A stretch of DNA of 64,000 bases. Source: Balanoglossus misakiensis. Taxonomy: Eukaryota > Animalia > Hemichordata. Location: positions 10,738,894 to 10,802,893 of the forward strand of contig CM082589.2 of the NCBI GenBank assembly GCA_040954595.2, written 5' to 3'. This document shows positions 50,801 to 64,000 of this stretch, one piece after another (position 1 is the stretch's first letter; each line of letters starts with the position of its first letter). The notes below the pieces were generated by a model, which saw only the letters and a program-made list of their open reading frames with translations, had not been told where the DNA came from and did not search any database. The position numbers were made by a program, and so were the translations under genes.

Positions 50801-53800
50801 ATTTTTTGAAAAAAGACGGGTGAAAATCATCTAAAAATGACAAATTTTCGACTTTGCAAAATCTCAAAATTTCGTTGATTTTTGAAAAAAATCATGGGGG
50901 AAAATCATCAAAAATGACAAATTTACGACTACAAAATCTCAAAATTTCGTCGATTTGTGAAAAAAAATCATGGGTGAAAATCATCAAAAAATGACAAATT
51001 TTTGACTTTGCACAATCTCAAAATTTCGTCAATTTTGAAAAAAATCATGGGTGAAAATCATCAAAAAATGACAAATTTTCGACTTTGCAAAATCTGAAAA
51101 TTTCATCGATTTTTGAAAAAATCATGGGTGAAAATCATGAAAAAATGACAAATTTTCGACTTTGCAAAATCTCAAAATTTCGTCGATTTTTGAAAAAAAT
51201 CATGGGTGAAAATCATCAAAAAATGACAAATTTTCGACTTTGCAAAATCTCAAAATTTCGTCGATTTTTGAAGAAAATCATGGGTGAAAATCATCAAAAA
51301 ATGACAAATTTTCGACTTTGCAAAATCTCAAAATTTCGTCGATTTTTGAAAAAAATCATGGGTGAAAATCATCAAAAAATGACACATTTTCGACTTTGCA
51401 AAATCTTAAAATTTCGTCGATTTTTGAAAAAAAATCATGGGTGAAAATCATCAAAAAATGACAAATTTTCGTCTTTGCAAAATCTCAAAATTTCGTCCAT
51501 TTTTGAAAAAAAATCATGGGGGAAAATCATCAAAAAATGACAAATTTTCGACTTTGCAAAATCTCAAAATTTCGTCGATTTTGAAAAAAACCATTGGGGG
51601 AAAATCATCAAAAAATGACAAATTTTCGATTTTGCAAAATCTCAAAATTTCGTCGATTTTTGAAAAAAAATCAGGGTTGAAAATCATCAAAAAATGACAA
51701 AATTTTCGACTTTGCAAAATCACAAAATTTCGTCGATTTTGAAAAAAATCATAGGTTCGTCGATTTTTAAAAAAAAAACGGGTGAAAATCATCAAAAAAT
51801 GACACATTTTCGACTTTGCAAAATCTCAAAATTTCGTCGATTTTTGAAAAAAATCATGGGTGAAAATCATCAAAAAATGACAAATTTTCGACTTTGCAAA
51901 ATCTCAAAATTTCGTCGATTTTTGAAAAAAATCATGGGTGAAAATCATGAAAAAATGACAAATTTTGAAAAAAAACGGGTGAAAATCATCAAAAAATGAC
52001 ACATTTTCGACTTTGCAAAATCTCAAATTTTCGTCGATTTTTGAAAAAAAATTATGGTTGAAAATCATCAAAAAATGACAAAATTTTCGACTTTGCAAAA
52101 TCTCAAAATTTCGTCGATTTTTGAAAAAAATCATGGGTGAAAATCATCAAAAAATGACAAATTTTCGACTTTGCAAAATCTCAAAATTTCGTCGATTTTT
52201 GAAAAAAATCATGGGTGAAAATCATGAAAAAATGACAAATTTTGAAAAAAAAACGGGTGAAAATCATCAAAAAATGACACATTTTCGACTTTGCAAAATC
52301 TCAAAATTTCGTCCATTTCTGAAAAAAAATTATGGGTAAAAATCATCAAAAATGACAAATTTTCATCTTTGCAAAATCTCAAATTTTCGTCGATTTTTGA
52401 AAAAAAATCATGGTTGAAAATCATCAAAAAATGACAAAATTTTCGACTTTGCAAAATCTCAACATTTCGTCGATTTTTGAAAAAAATCATGGGTGAAAAT
52501 CATCAAAAAATGACAATTTTTCGACTTTGCAAAATCTCAACATTTCGTCGATTTTTGAAAATAATCATGGGTGAAAATCATCAAAAAATGACAAATTTTC
52601 GACTTCGCAAAATCTCAAAATTTCGTCGATTTTTGAAAAAAATCATGGGTGAAAATAATCAAAAAATGACAAATTTTCGACTTTGCAAAATCTCAAAATT
52701 TCGTCGATTTTTGAAGAAAATCATGGGTGAAAATCATCAAAAAATGACAAATTTTCGACTTTGCAAAATCTCAAAATTTCGTCGATTTTTGAAAAAAATC
52801 ATGGGGGAAAATCATCAAAAAATTACAAATTTTCGACTGCAAAATCTCAAAATTTCGTCGATTTTTGAAAAAATCATGGGTGAAAATCATGAAAAAATGA
52901 CAAATTTTCGACTTTGCAAAATCTGAAAATTTCGTCGATTTTTGAAAAAAATCATGGGGGAAAATGATCAAAAAATGACAAATTTTCGACTGCAAAATCT
53001 CAAAATTTCGTCAATTTTGAAAAAAATCATGGGTGAAAATCATCAAAAAAGGACAATTTTTTTACTGCAAAATCTCAAAATTTCATCGATTTTTGAAAAA
53101 AATCATGGGTGAAAATCATCAAAAAATGATAAATTTTTGACTTTGCAAAATCTCAAAATTTCCCCGATTTTTGAAGAAAATCAAGGGTGAAAATCATCAA
53201 AAAATGACAAATTTTCGACTTTGCAAAATCTCAAAAATTTCGTCGATTTTTGAAAAAAATCATGGGGAAAATGATCAAAAAATGACAAATTTTCGACTGC
53301 AAAATTTCAAAATTTCGTCAATTTTGAAAAAATCATGGGTGAAAATCATCAAAAAATGACAAATTTTCGACTGCAAAATCTCAAAATTTCGTCGATTTTT
53401 GAAAAAAAAACGGGTGAAAATCATCAAAAAATGACAAATTTTCGACTGCAAAAACTCTAAATTTCGTCAATTTTGAAAAAAATCATGGGTGAAAATCATC
53501 AAAAAATGACAAATTTTCCTCTTTGCAAAATCTATAAATTTCGTCGATTTTTGAAAAATTTTCAACTTTGCAAAATCTCAAAATTTCGTCGATATTTGAA
53601 AAAAATCATGGGGGAAAATCATCAAAAAATGACAAATTTTTGACTGAAAAATCTCAAATTTTCGTCGATTTTTTAAAAAAATTGTTGAAAATCATCAAAA
53701 AATGACAAATTTTTGACTTTGCAAAATCTCAAAATTTCGTCAATTTTGAAAAAAATCATGGGTGAAAATCATCAAAAAATGACAAATTTTCGACTTTGCA

Positions 53801-56800
53801 AAATCTGAAAATTTCGTCGATTTTTGAGAAAAATCATGGGTGAAAATCATCAAAAAATGACAAATTTTCGACTTTGCAAAATCTCAAATTTTCGTCGATT
53901 TTTGAAAAAATCATGGGGGAAAATGATCAAAAAATGACAAATTTTCGACTGCAAAATTTCAAAATTTCGTCAATTTTGAAAAAATCATGGGTGAAAATCA
54001 TCAAAAAATGACAAATTTTCGACTGCAAAAACTCAAAATTTCATCAATTTTGAAAAAAATCATGGGTGAAAATCATCAAAAAATGACAAATTTTCCTCTT
54101 TGCAAAATCTATAAATTTCGTCGATTTTTGAAAAATTTTCAACTTTGCAAAATCTCAAAATTTCGTCGATTTTTGAAAAAAATCATGGGGGGAAATCATG
54201 AAAAAATGGCAAATTTTCGACTGCAAAATCTCAAAATTTCGTCGATTTTTGAAATAAATCATTGTTGAAAATTATCAAAAATTGACAAATTTTCCTCTTT
54301 GCAAAATCTCAAAATTTCGTCGATTTTTTTAAAAAAGACGGGTGAAAATCATCTAAAAATGACAAATTTTCGACTTTGCAAAATCTCAAAATTTCGTTGA
54401 TTTTTGAAAAAAATCATGGGGGAAAATCATCAAAAATGACAAATTTACGACTACAAAATCTCAAAATTTCTTCGATTTGTGAAAAAAAATCATGGGTGAA
54501 AATCATCAAAAAATGACAAATTTTTGACTTTGCACAATCTCAAAATTTCGTCAATTTTGAAAAAAATCATGGGTGAAAATCATCAAAAAATGACAAATTT
54601 TCGACTTTGCAAAATCTGAAAATTTCATCGATTTTCGAAAAAATCATGGGTGAAAATCATGAAAAAATGACAAATTTTCGACTTTGCAAAATCTCAAAAT
54701 TTCGTCGATTTTGAAACAAATCATAGGTTCGTCGATTTTTTTAAAAAAAACATGGGTGAAAATCATCAAAAAATGACAAATTTTGAAAAAAAAACGGGTG
54801 AAAATCATCAAAAAATGACACATTTTCGTCGACTTTGCAAAATCTCAAAATTTCGTCGATTTTTGAAAAAAATCATGGGGGAAAATCATCAAAAAATAAC
54901 AAATTTTCGACTGCAAAATCTCAAAATTTCGTCGATTTTTGAAAAAATCATGGGTGAAAATCATGAAAAAATGACAAATTTTCGACTTTGCAAAATCTGA
55001 AAATTTCTTCGATTTTTGAAAAAAATCATGGGGGAAAATGATCAAAAAATGACAAATTTTCGACTGCAAAATCTCAAAATTTCGTCAATTTTGAAAAAAA
55101 TCATGGGTGAAAATCATCAAAAAATGACAATTTTTTTACTGCAAAATCTCAAAATTTCATCGATTTTTGAAAAAAATCATGGGTGAAAATCATCAAAAAA
55201 TGATAAATTTTCGACTTTGCAAAATCTCAAAATTTCCCCGATTTTTGAAGAAAGTCAAGGGTGAAAATCATCAAAAAATGACAAATTTTCGACTGCAAAA
55301 TCTCAAAATTTCGTCGATTTTTGAAAAAAAAACGGGTGAAAATCATCAAAAAATGACAAATTTTCCTCTTTGCAAAATCTATAAATTTCGTCGATTTTTG
55401 AAAAATTTTTAACTTTGCAAAATCTCAAAATTTCGTCGATTTTTGAAAAAAATCATGGGGGAAAATCATCAAAAAATGACAAATTTTTGACTGAAAAATC
55501 TCAAATTTTCGTCGATTTTTTAAAAAAATTGTTGAAAATCATCAAAAAATGACAAATTTTTGACTTTGCAAAATCTCAAAATTTCGTCAATTTTGAAAAA
55601 AATCATGGGTGAAAATCATCAAAAAATGACAAATTTTCGACTTTGCAAAATCTGAAAATTTCGTCGATTTTTGAGAAAAATCATGGGTGAAAATCATCAA
55701 AAAATGACAAATTTTCGACTTTGCAAAATCTCAAATTTTCGTCGATTTTTGAAAAAAATCATGGGGGAAAATGATCAAAAAATGACAAATTTTCGACTGC
55801 AAAATTTCAAAATTTCGTCAATTTTGAAAAAATCATGGGTGAAAATCATCAAAAAATGACAAATTTTCGACTGCAAAAACTCAAAATTTCATCGATTTTT
55901 GAAAAAAATCATGGGTGAAAATCATCAAAAAATGATAAATTTTCGACTTTGCAAAATCTCAAAATTTCCCCGATTTTTGAAGAAAATCAAGGGTGAAAAT
56001 CATCAAAAAATGACAAATTTTCGACTGCAAAATCTCAAAATTTCGTCGATTTTTGAAAAAAAAACGGGTGAAAATCATCAAAAAATGACAAATTTTCGAC
56101 TGCAAAAACTCTAAATTTCGTCAATTTTGAAAAAAATCATGGGTGAAAATCATCAAAAAATGACAAATTTTCCTCTTTGCAAAATCTATAAATTTCGTCG
56201 ATTTTTGAAAAATTTTCAACTTTGCAAAATCTCAAAATTTCGTCGATTTTTGAAAAAAATCATGGGGGAAAATCATCAAAAAATGACAAATTTTTGACTG
56301 AAAAATCTCAAATTTTCGTCGATTTTTTAAAAAAATTGTTGAAAATCATCAAAAAATGACAAATTTTTGACTTTGCAAAATCTCAAAATTTCGTCAATTT
56401 TGAAAAAAATCATGGGTGAAAATCATCAAAAAATGACAAATTTTCGACTTTGCAAAATCTCAAATTTTCGTCGATTTTTGAAAAAAATCATGGGGGAAAA
56501 TGATCAAAAAATGACAAATTTTCGACTGCAAAAACTCAAAATTTCATCAATTTTGAAAAAAATCATGGGTGAAAATCATCAAAAAATGACAAATTTTCCT
56601 CTTTGCAAAATCTATAAATTTCGTCGATTTTTGAAAACTTTTCAACTTTGCAAAATCTCAAAATTTCGTCGATTTTTGAAAAAAATCATGGGGGAAAATC
56701 ATGAAAAAATGACAAATTTTCGACTGCAAAATCTCAAAATTTCGTCGATTTTTGAAATAAATCATTGTTGAAAATTATCAAAAATTGACAAATTTTCCTC

Positions 56801-59800
56801 TTTGCAAAATCTCAAAATTTCGTCGATTTTTTGAAAAAAGACGGGTGAAAATCATCTAAAAATGACAAATTTTCGACTTTGCAAAATCTCAAAATTTCGT
56901 TGATTTTTGAAAAAAATCATGGGGGAAAATCATCAAAAATGACAAATTTACGACTACAAAATCTCAAAATTTCTTCGATTTGTGAAAAAAAATCATGGGT
57001 GAAAATCATCAAAAAATGACAAATTTTTGACTTTGCACAATCTCAAAATTTCGTCAATTTTGAAAAAAATCATGGGTGAAAATCATCAAAAAATGACAAA
57101 TTTTCGACTTTGCAAAATCTGAAAATTTCATCGATTTTCGAAAAAATCATGGGTGAAAATCATCAAAAAATGACAAATTTTCCTCTTTGCAAAATCTATA
57201 AATTTCGTCGATTTTTGAAAAATTTTCAACTTTGCAAAATCTCAAAATTTCGTCGATTTTTGAAAAAAATCATGGGGGAAAATCATCAAAAAATGACAAA
57301 TTTTTGACTGAAAAATCTCAAATTTTCGTCGATTTTTTAAAAAAATTGTTGAAAATCATCAAAAAATGACAAATTTTTGACTTTGCAAAATCTCAAAATT
57401 TCGTCAATTTTGAGAAAAATCATGGGTGAAAATCATCAAAAAATGACAAATTTTCGACTTTGCAAAATCTCAAATTTTCGTCGATTTTTGAAAAAAATCA
57501 TGGGGGAAAATGATCAAAAAATGACAAATTTTCGACTGCAAAAACTCAAAATTTCATCAATTTTGAAAAAAATCATGGGTGAAAATCATCAAAAAATGAC
57601 AAATTTTCCTCTTTGCAAAATCTATAAATTTCGTCGATTTTTGAAAACTTTTCAACTTTGCAAAATCTCAAAATTTCGTCGATTTTTGAAAAAAATCATG
57701 GGGGAAAATCATGAAAAAATGACAAATTTTCGACTGCAAAATCTCAAAATTTCGTCGATTTTTGAAATAAATCATTGTTGAAAATTATCAAAAATTGACA
57801 AATTTTCCTCTTTGCAAAATCTCAAAATTTCGTCGATTTTTTGAAAAAAGACGGGTGAAAATCATCTAAAAATGACAAATTTTCGACTTTGCAAAATCTC
57901 AAAATTTCGTTGATTTTTGAAAAAAATCATGGGGGAAAATCATCAAAAATGACAAATTTACGACTACAAAATCTCAAAATTTCTTCGATTTGTGAAAAAA
58001 AATCATGGGTGAAAATCATCAAAAAATGACAAATTTTTGACTTTGCACAATCTCAAAATTTCGTCAATTTTGAAAAAAATCATGGGTGAAAATCATCAAA
58101 AAATGACAAATTTTCGACTTTGCAAAATCTGAAAATTTCATCGATTTTCGAAAAAATCATGGGTGAAAATCATGAAAAAATGACAAATTTTCGACTTTGC
58201 AAAATCTCAAAATTTCGTCGATTTTGAAACAAATCATAGGTTCGTCGATTTTTTTAAAAAAAACATGGGTGAAAATCATCAAAAAATGACAAATTTTGAA
58301 AAAAAAACGGGTGAAAATCATCAAAAAATGACACATTTTCGTCGACTTTGCAAAATCTCAAAATTTCGTCGATTTTTGAAAAAAATCATGGGGGAAAATC
58401 ATCAAAAAATAACAAATTTTCGACTGCAAAATCTCAAAATTTCGTCGATTTTTGAAAAAATCATGGGTGAAAATCATGAAAAAATGACAAATTTTCGACT
58501 GCAAAATCTCAAAATTTCGTCAATTTTTGAAAAAAATCATGGGGGAAAATGATCAAAAAATGACAATTTTTTTACTGCAAAATCTCAAAATTTCATCGAT
58601 TTTTGAAAAAAATCATGGGTGAAAATCATCAAAAAATGACAAATTTTCGACTTTGCAAAATCTCAAAATTTCGTCGATTTTTGAAGAAAATCAAGGGTGA
58701 AAATCATCAAAAAATGACAAATTTTCGACTGCAAAATCTCAAAATTTCGTCGATTTTTGAAAAAAAAACGGGTGAAAATCATCAAAAAATGACAGATTTT
58801 CGACTGCAAAAACTCAAAATTTCGTCAATTTTGAAAAAAATCATGGGTGAAAATCATCAAAAAATGACAAATTTTCCTCTTTGCAAAATCTATAAATTTC
58901 GTCGATTTTTGAAAAATTTTCAACTTTGCAAAATCTCAAAATTTCGTCGATTTTTGAAAAAAATCATGGGGGAAAATCATCAAAAAATGACAAATTTTTG
59001 ACTTTGCAAAATCTCAAAATTTCGTCAATTTTGAAAAAAATCATGGGTGAAAATCATCAAAAAATGACAAATTTTCGACTTTGCAAAATCTGAAAATTTC
59101 GTCGATTTTTGAGAAAAATCATGGGTGAAAATCATCAAAAAATGACAAATTTTCGACTTTGCAAAATCTCAAATTTTCGTCGATTTTTGAAAAAAATCAT
59201 GGGGGAAAATGATCAAAAAATGACAAATTTTCGACTGCAAAATTTCAAAATGTCATCAATTTTGAAAAAAATCATGGGTGAAAATCATCAAAAAATGACA
59301 AATTTTCCTCTTTGCAAAATCTATAAATTTCGTCGATTTTTGAAAAATTTTCAACTTTGCAAAATCTCAAAATTTCGTCGATTTTTGAAAAAAATCATGG
59401 GGGAAAATCATGAAAAAATGACAAATTTTCGACTGCAAAATCTCAAAATTTCGTCGATTTTTGAAATAAATCATTGTTGAAAATTATAAAAAATTGACAA
59501 ATTTTCCTCTTTGCAAAATCTCAAAATTTCGTCGATTTTTTGAAAAAAGACGGGTGAAAATCATCTAAAAATGACAAATTTTCGACTTTGCAAAATCTCA
59601 AAATTTCGTTGATTTTTGAAAAAAATCATGGGGGAAAATCATCAAAAATGACAAATTTACGACTACAAAATCTCAAAATTTCTTCGATTTGTGAAAAAAA
59701 ATCATGGGTGAAAATCATCAAAAAATGACAAATTTTTGACTTTGCACAATCTCAAAATTTCGTCAATTTTGAAAAAAATCATGGGTGAAAATCATCAAAA

Positions 59801-62249
59801 AATGACAAATTTTCGACTTTGCAAAATCTGAAAATTTCATCGATTTTTGAAAAAATCATGGGTGAAAATCATGAAAAAATGACAAATTTTCGACTTTGCA
59901 AAATCTCAAAATTTCGTCGATTTTTGAAAAAAATCATGGGTGAAAATCATCAAAAAATGACAAATTTTCGACTTTGCAAAATCTCAAAATTTCGTCGATT
60001 TTTGAAGAAAATCATGGGTGAAAATCATCAAAAAATGACAAATTTTCGACTTTGCAAAATCTCAAAATTTCGTCGATTTTTGAAAAAAATCATGGGGGAA
60101 AATCATCAAAAAATAGCAAATTTTCGACTGCAAAATCTCAAAATTTCGTCGATTTTTGAAAAAATCATGGGTGAAAATCATGAAAAAATGACAAATTTTC
60201 GACTTTGCAAAATCTGAAAATTTCGTCGATTTTTGAAAAAAATCATGGGGGAAAATGATCAAAAAATGACAAATTTTCGACTGCAAAATCTCAAAATTTC
60301 GTCAATTTTGAAAAAAATCATGGGTGAAAATCATCAAAAAATGACAATTTTTTTACTGCAAAATCTCAAAATTTCATCGATTTTTGAAAAAAATCATGGG
60401 TGAAAATCATCAAAAAATGACAAATTTTCGACTTTGCAAAATCTCAAAATTTCGTCGATTTTTGAAGAAAATCAAGGGTGAAAATCATCAACAAATGACA
60501 AATTTTCGACTTTGCAAAATCTCAAAATTTCGTCGATTTTTGAAAAAAAAACGGGTGAAAATCATGAAAAAATGACAAATTTTCGACTGCAAAAACTCAA
60601 AATTTCGTCAATTTTGAAAAAAATCATGCGTGAAAATCATCAAAAAATGACAAATTTTCCTCTTTGCAAAATCTATAAATTTCGTCGATTTTTGAAAAAT
60701 TTTCAACTTTGCAAAATCTCAAAATTTCGTCGATTTTTGAAAAAAATCATGGGGGAAAATCATCAAAAAATGACAAATTTTCGACTGCAAAATCTCAAAA
60801 TTTCGTCGATTTTTGAAATAAATCAATGTTTAAAATTATCAAAAAATGACAAATTTTCCTCTTTGCAAAATCTCAAAATTTCGTCGATTTTTTGAAAAAA
60901 GACGGGTGAAAATCATCTAAAAATGACAAATTTTCGAATTTGCAAAATCTCAAAATTTCGTTGATTTTTGAAAAAAATCATGGGGGAAAATCATCAAAAA
61001 ATGACAAATTTACGACTACAAAATCTCAAAATTTCGTCGATTTGTGAAAAAAAATCATGGGTGAAAATCATCAAAAAATGACAAATTTTCGAAATTGCAA
61101 AATCTCAAAATTTTGCCAATTTTGAAAAAATCATGGGTGAAAATCATCAAAAAATGACAAATTTTTTACTGCAAAATCTCAAATTTTCGTCGATTTTTTA
61201 AAAAAATTGTTGAAAATCATCAAAAAATGACAAATTTTTGACTGCAAAATCTCAAAATTTCGTCGATTTTTGAAAAAAAATCATTGTTGAAAATCATCAA
61301 AAAATGACAAATTTTCCTCTTTGCAAAATCTCAAAATTTCGTCGATTTTTGAAAAAAGACATGGGTGAAAATCATCAAAAAATGACAAATTTTTGACTGC
61401 AAATTTTTGACTGCAAAATCTCAAAATTTCGTCGATTTTTGAAAAAAAATCATTGTTGAAAATCATCAAAAAATGACAAATTTTCGACTTTGCAAAATCT
61501 CAAAATTTCGTCGATTTTTGAAAAATCATGGGTGAAAATCATGAAAAAATGACAAATTTTCGACTTTGCAAAATCTGAAAATTTCGTCGATTTTTGAAAA
61601 AAATCAAGGGGGAAAATGATCAAAAAATGACAAATTTTCGACTGCAAAATCTCAAAATTTCGTCAATTTTGAAAAAAATCATGGTCGAAAATCATCAAAT
61701 AATGACAATTTTTCGACTTTGCAAAATCTCAAAATTTCGTCGATTTTGAAAAAAATCATGGGTTCGTCCATTTTTGAAAAAAAAACATTGGGTGAAAATC
61801 ATCAAAAAATGACAAATTTTCGACTTTGCAAAATCTCAAAATTTCGTCGATTTTTGAAGAAAATCATGGGTGAAAATCATCAAAAAATGACAAATTTTCG
61901 ACTTTGCAAAATCTCAAAATTTCGTCGATTTTTGAAAAAAATCATGGGGGAAAATCATCAAAAAATTACAAATTTTCGACTGCAAAATCTCAAAATTTCG
62001 TCAATTTTGAAAAAAATCATCGGTGAAAATCATCAAAAAATTACAAATTTTTTACTGCAAAATCTCAAATTTTCGTCGATTTTTTAAAAAAATTGTTGAA
62101 AATCATCAAAAAATGACAAATTTTCCTCTTTTGCAAAATCTCAAAATTTCGTCGATTTTTGAAAAAAGACGGGTGAAAATCATCAAAAAATGACAAATTT
62201 TCGACTTTGCAAAATCTCAAAATTTCGTCGATTTTTGAAAAAAATCATG
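44838..62249. repeat. Satellite array of 17.4 kb, 78-bp consensus monomer, roughly 225 copies
   Basis: The monomer is TTTTCGACTTTGCAAAATCTCAAAATTTCGTCGATTTTTGAAAAAAATCATGGGTGAAAATCATCAAAAAATGACAAA. It accounts for the 26-aa periodic pseudo-ORFs. The copy number is estimated from length. Confidence 0.98.
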
Positions 62250-63083
62250 GCAGGTGTCAAAGGTATCCCCCTGTATTTGGCATTTCATGATAGTTTCATC
62301 CCTCCAAATACCAAAGCTGCACCTGTACAACGGGATGAGATATGGCACTGTATGACAGAGGTCATCAAAATCACCTTATACATTTGGGCAAAAACCAACT
62401 GACACTTACATTCGTCCCTGTGGAACAAAAACCACACCTATCGCCCTGTTGGTTAGTGTCCAATTAAATGTATAAAATCAATGACTTAGGCAGGTGCAAC
62501 AGGTGACCCCGCCTTTGGTATATCATTATGGTCCCATCCGTATATGCCCCCCCCCCCCAAGCCAAAGCTGCATGCATCTTCTGTAGATGCTCACTAAGCA
62601 AAAGTAGGTGAAAGGTCTCATAAGGTCGCCCACAACTTGACGGGAAAATCGGACTTCATATTGATCCATGTGCAACAAATACCACGCTACCACCCCTTTC
62701 ATTGACCCCACAATTACGCATGCACATAATTATTGAGTTACGCAGGTGTCACAGGTGACCCCCGAATCGGGTGTATTGTTTTGGTCCCATACAGCTGCAT
62801 GTAGCTGCGTGCCGTTACGGGCGACCTGATAACCCACACGGCCACCTGCGGGCCGACCCCCATACTGAACGTCCAGTTGCAACATCACGACTGAAGTAGG
62901 AACTTTTGAACGGCAACGAAGCCTGATCTCTGATTATTGCTGGTACCATACTCCCTTCGTGCAAGAAAATCACTGGTCTGCTGACGTATTTCAGGCAATT
63001 TCCCAAACTACTATCCACTACATGTGACTACAATGCTAATGAAACCTCCCACAACATTAGCGACTTAGAGTCAAAGCCCACTG
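62250..63083 (+). mobile_element. Internal fragment of the 35113-40358 element, without the LINE insertion
   Basis: Near-identical to 35702-35835 joined to 36693-37395. Confidence 0.9.
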
Positions 63084-64000
63084 CCAGTGTAGCCGGGTTT
63101 GCGTAGACACATTTGAATGGCAACAGCTAACAAATAATAATAATTCTTTATTTCAGACTTTAAAAAAAGTCCATATACCCAAAAGAGAGAAGAAAAAAAA
63201 AACAATAATAATAATCTGACACTGAGACACACACAAAAAAAAACTTACATGATATACAATTGCTTTCGCCAATGTTTGAAAAATATGCTGTCAGTCGCTC
63301 TATCTGATGAACAGATCGCATCAAGTAAAACATTAGAAGAATTTTCGAGTCTACGCTTAAGATGGGTCCCTGGGATCTTTTTGCTCGTTGCTATGGGCCT
63401 TTATAGGACATTACACCCCGATTTGGACTAAGCCGTTTTCAGAGTCTAACAAGGGGCTGGTAACTAGTTGAAAATCTGCACGATTGTGAGCGCGCGCCCC
63501 CTGACGCCATTGATATGAAAATTAGCTAGGTCAAATTTCAAAAGCCTAAGGCTTTTTATTCCGTGACCTCAAAAACGAACTTGATACGTATTCATTAGTT
63601 GCTTGAACCAGGGAAGATCGTGACGGATTTTGTTTTCGAATATTATCGTTGTATCCTAAGATTTCAGCATACCCGTACCACACCTGAAAAAGTCATCGAT
63701 TTTGGGTGTTTTTGGACGCACTCTTCCACCGGTATCGCTTCTTAGCACGACGAAAACCGAACAAACGATCCGTCACACTGTGCGGAGGTGCGTTCTCAAC
63801 AAGCAGGTCAAATTTGACTGGCGTACGTGGCCTATGAAAAAAGCCTTAGGGATTTTCGTGAACGGTACAAAATCTCTGTGTACAAAACATTGGATTTTTA
63901 GCGTTCGATCCAGTTACTGTGGTTACAGGACGCGCACGCTATCGCTGACCGCTGCTTTGCCGTATTAGCGTGGCGGCCTATGGCCGGGTGGTAGCTGCCG

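Noticed and set aside
44888-62402. Dozens of ORFs with MGENHQKMTNFRLCKISKFRRFLKKI repeats
   Set aside because: They are translations of a 78-bp satellite, with constant frameshifts in homopolymer runs.

Overview
AT-rich eukaryotic DNA, apparently from an animal. The GT-AG introns and the LINE/Helentron/Kolobok/Harbinger element mix resemble marine invertebrate genomes, but that taxon guess is inference. I see no intact protein-coding gene. The window holds minisatellites (1-3 kb), Helentron/HINE-like repeats, several non-autonomous DNA transposons, and a local duplication (~8.8-14.4 kb vs ~17.0-20.9 kb). It also holds a 4-kb foldback nested in a small 9-bp-TSD element, an intron-containing hAT transposase pseudogene, two LINE fragments nested in a Helentron-like element, and a 17.4-kb satellite with a 78-bp unit. 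Two leads stand out. (1) A minus-strand chain of 63-75-nt exons whose paralogous exons base-pair with each other and close a hairpin exactly across a splice junction, with pairing-preserving substitutions between duplicates. (2) A 50-bp tandem array whose units look like extended miR-200/miR-8 target sites. Both are hypotheses from sequence only and need RNA data. Boundaries of diverged repeats are approximate.
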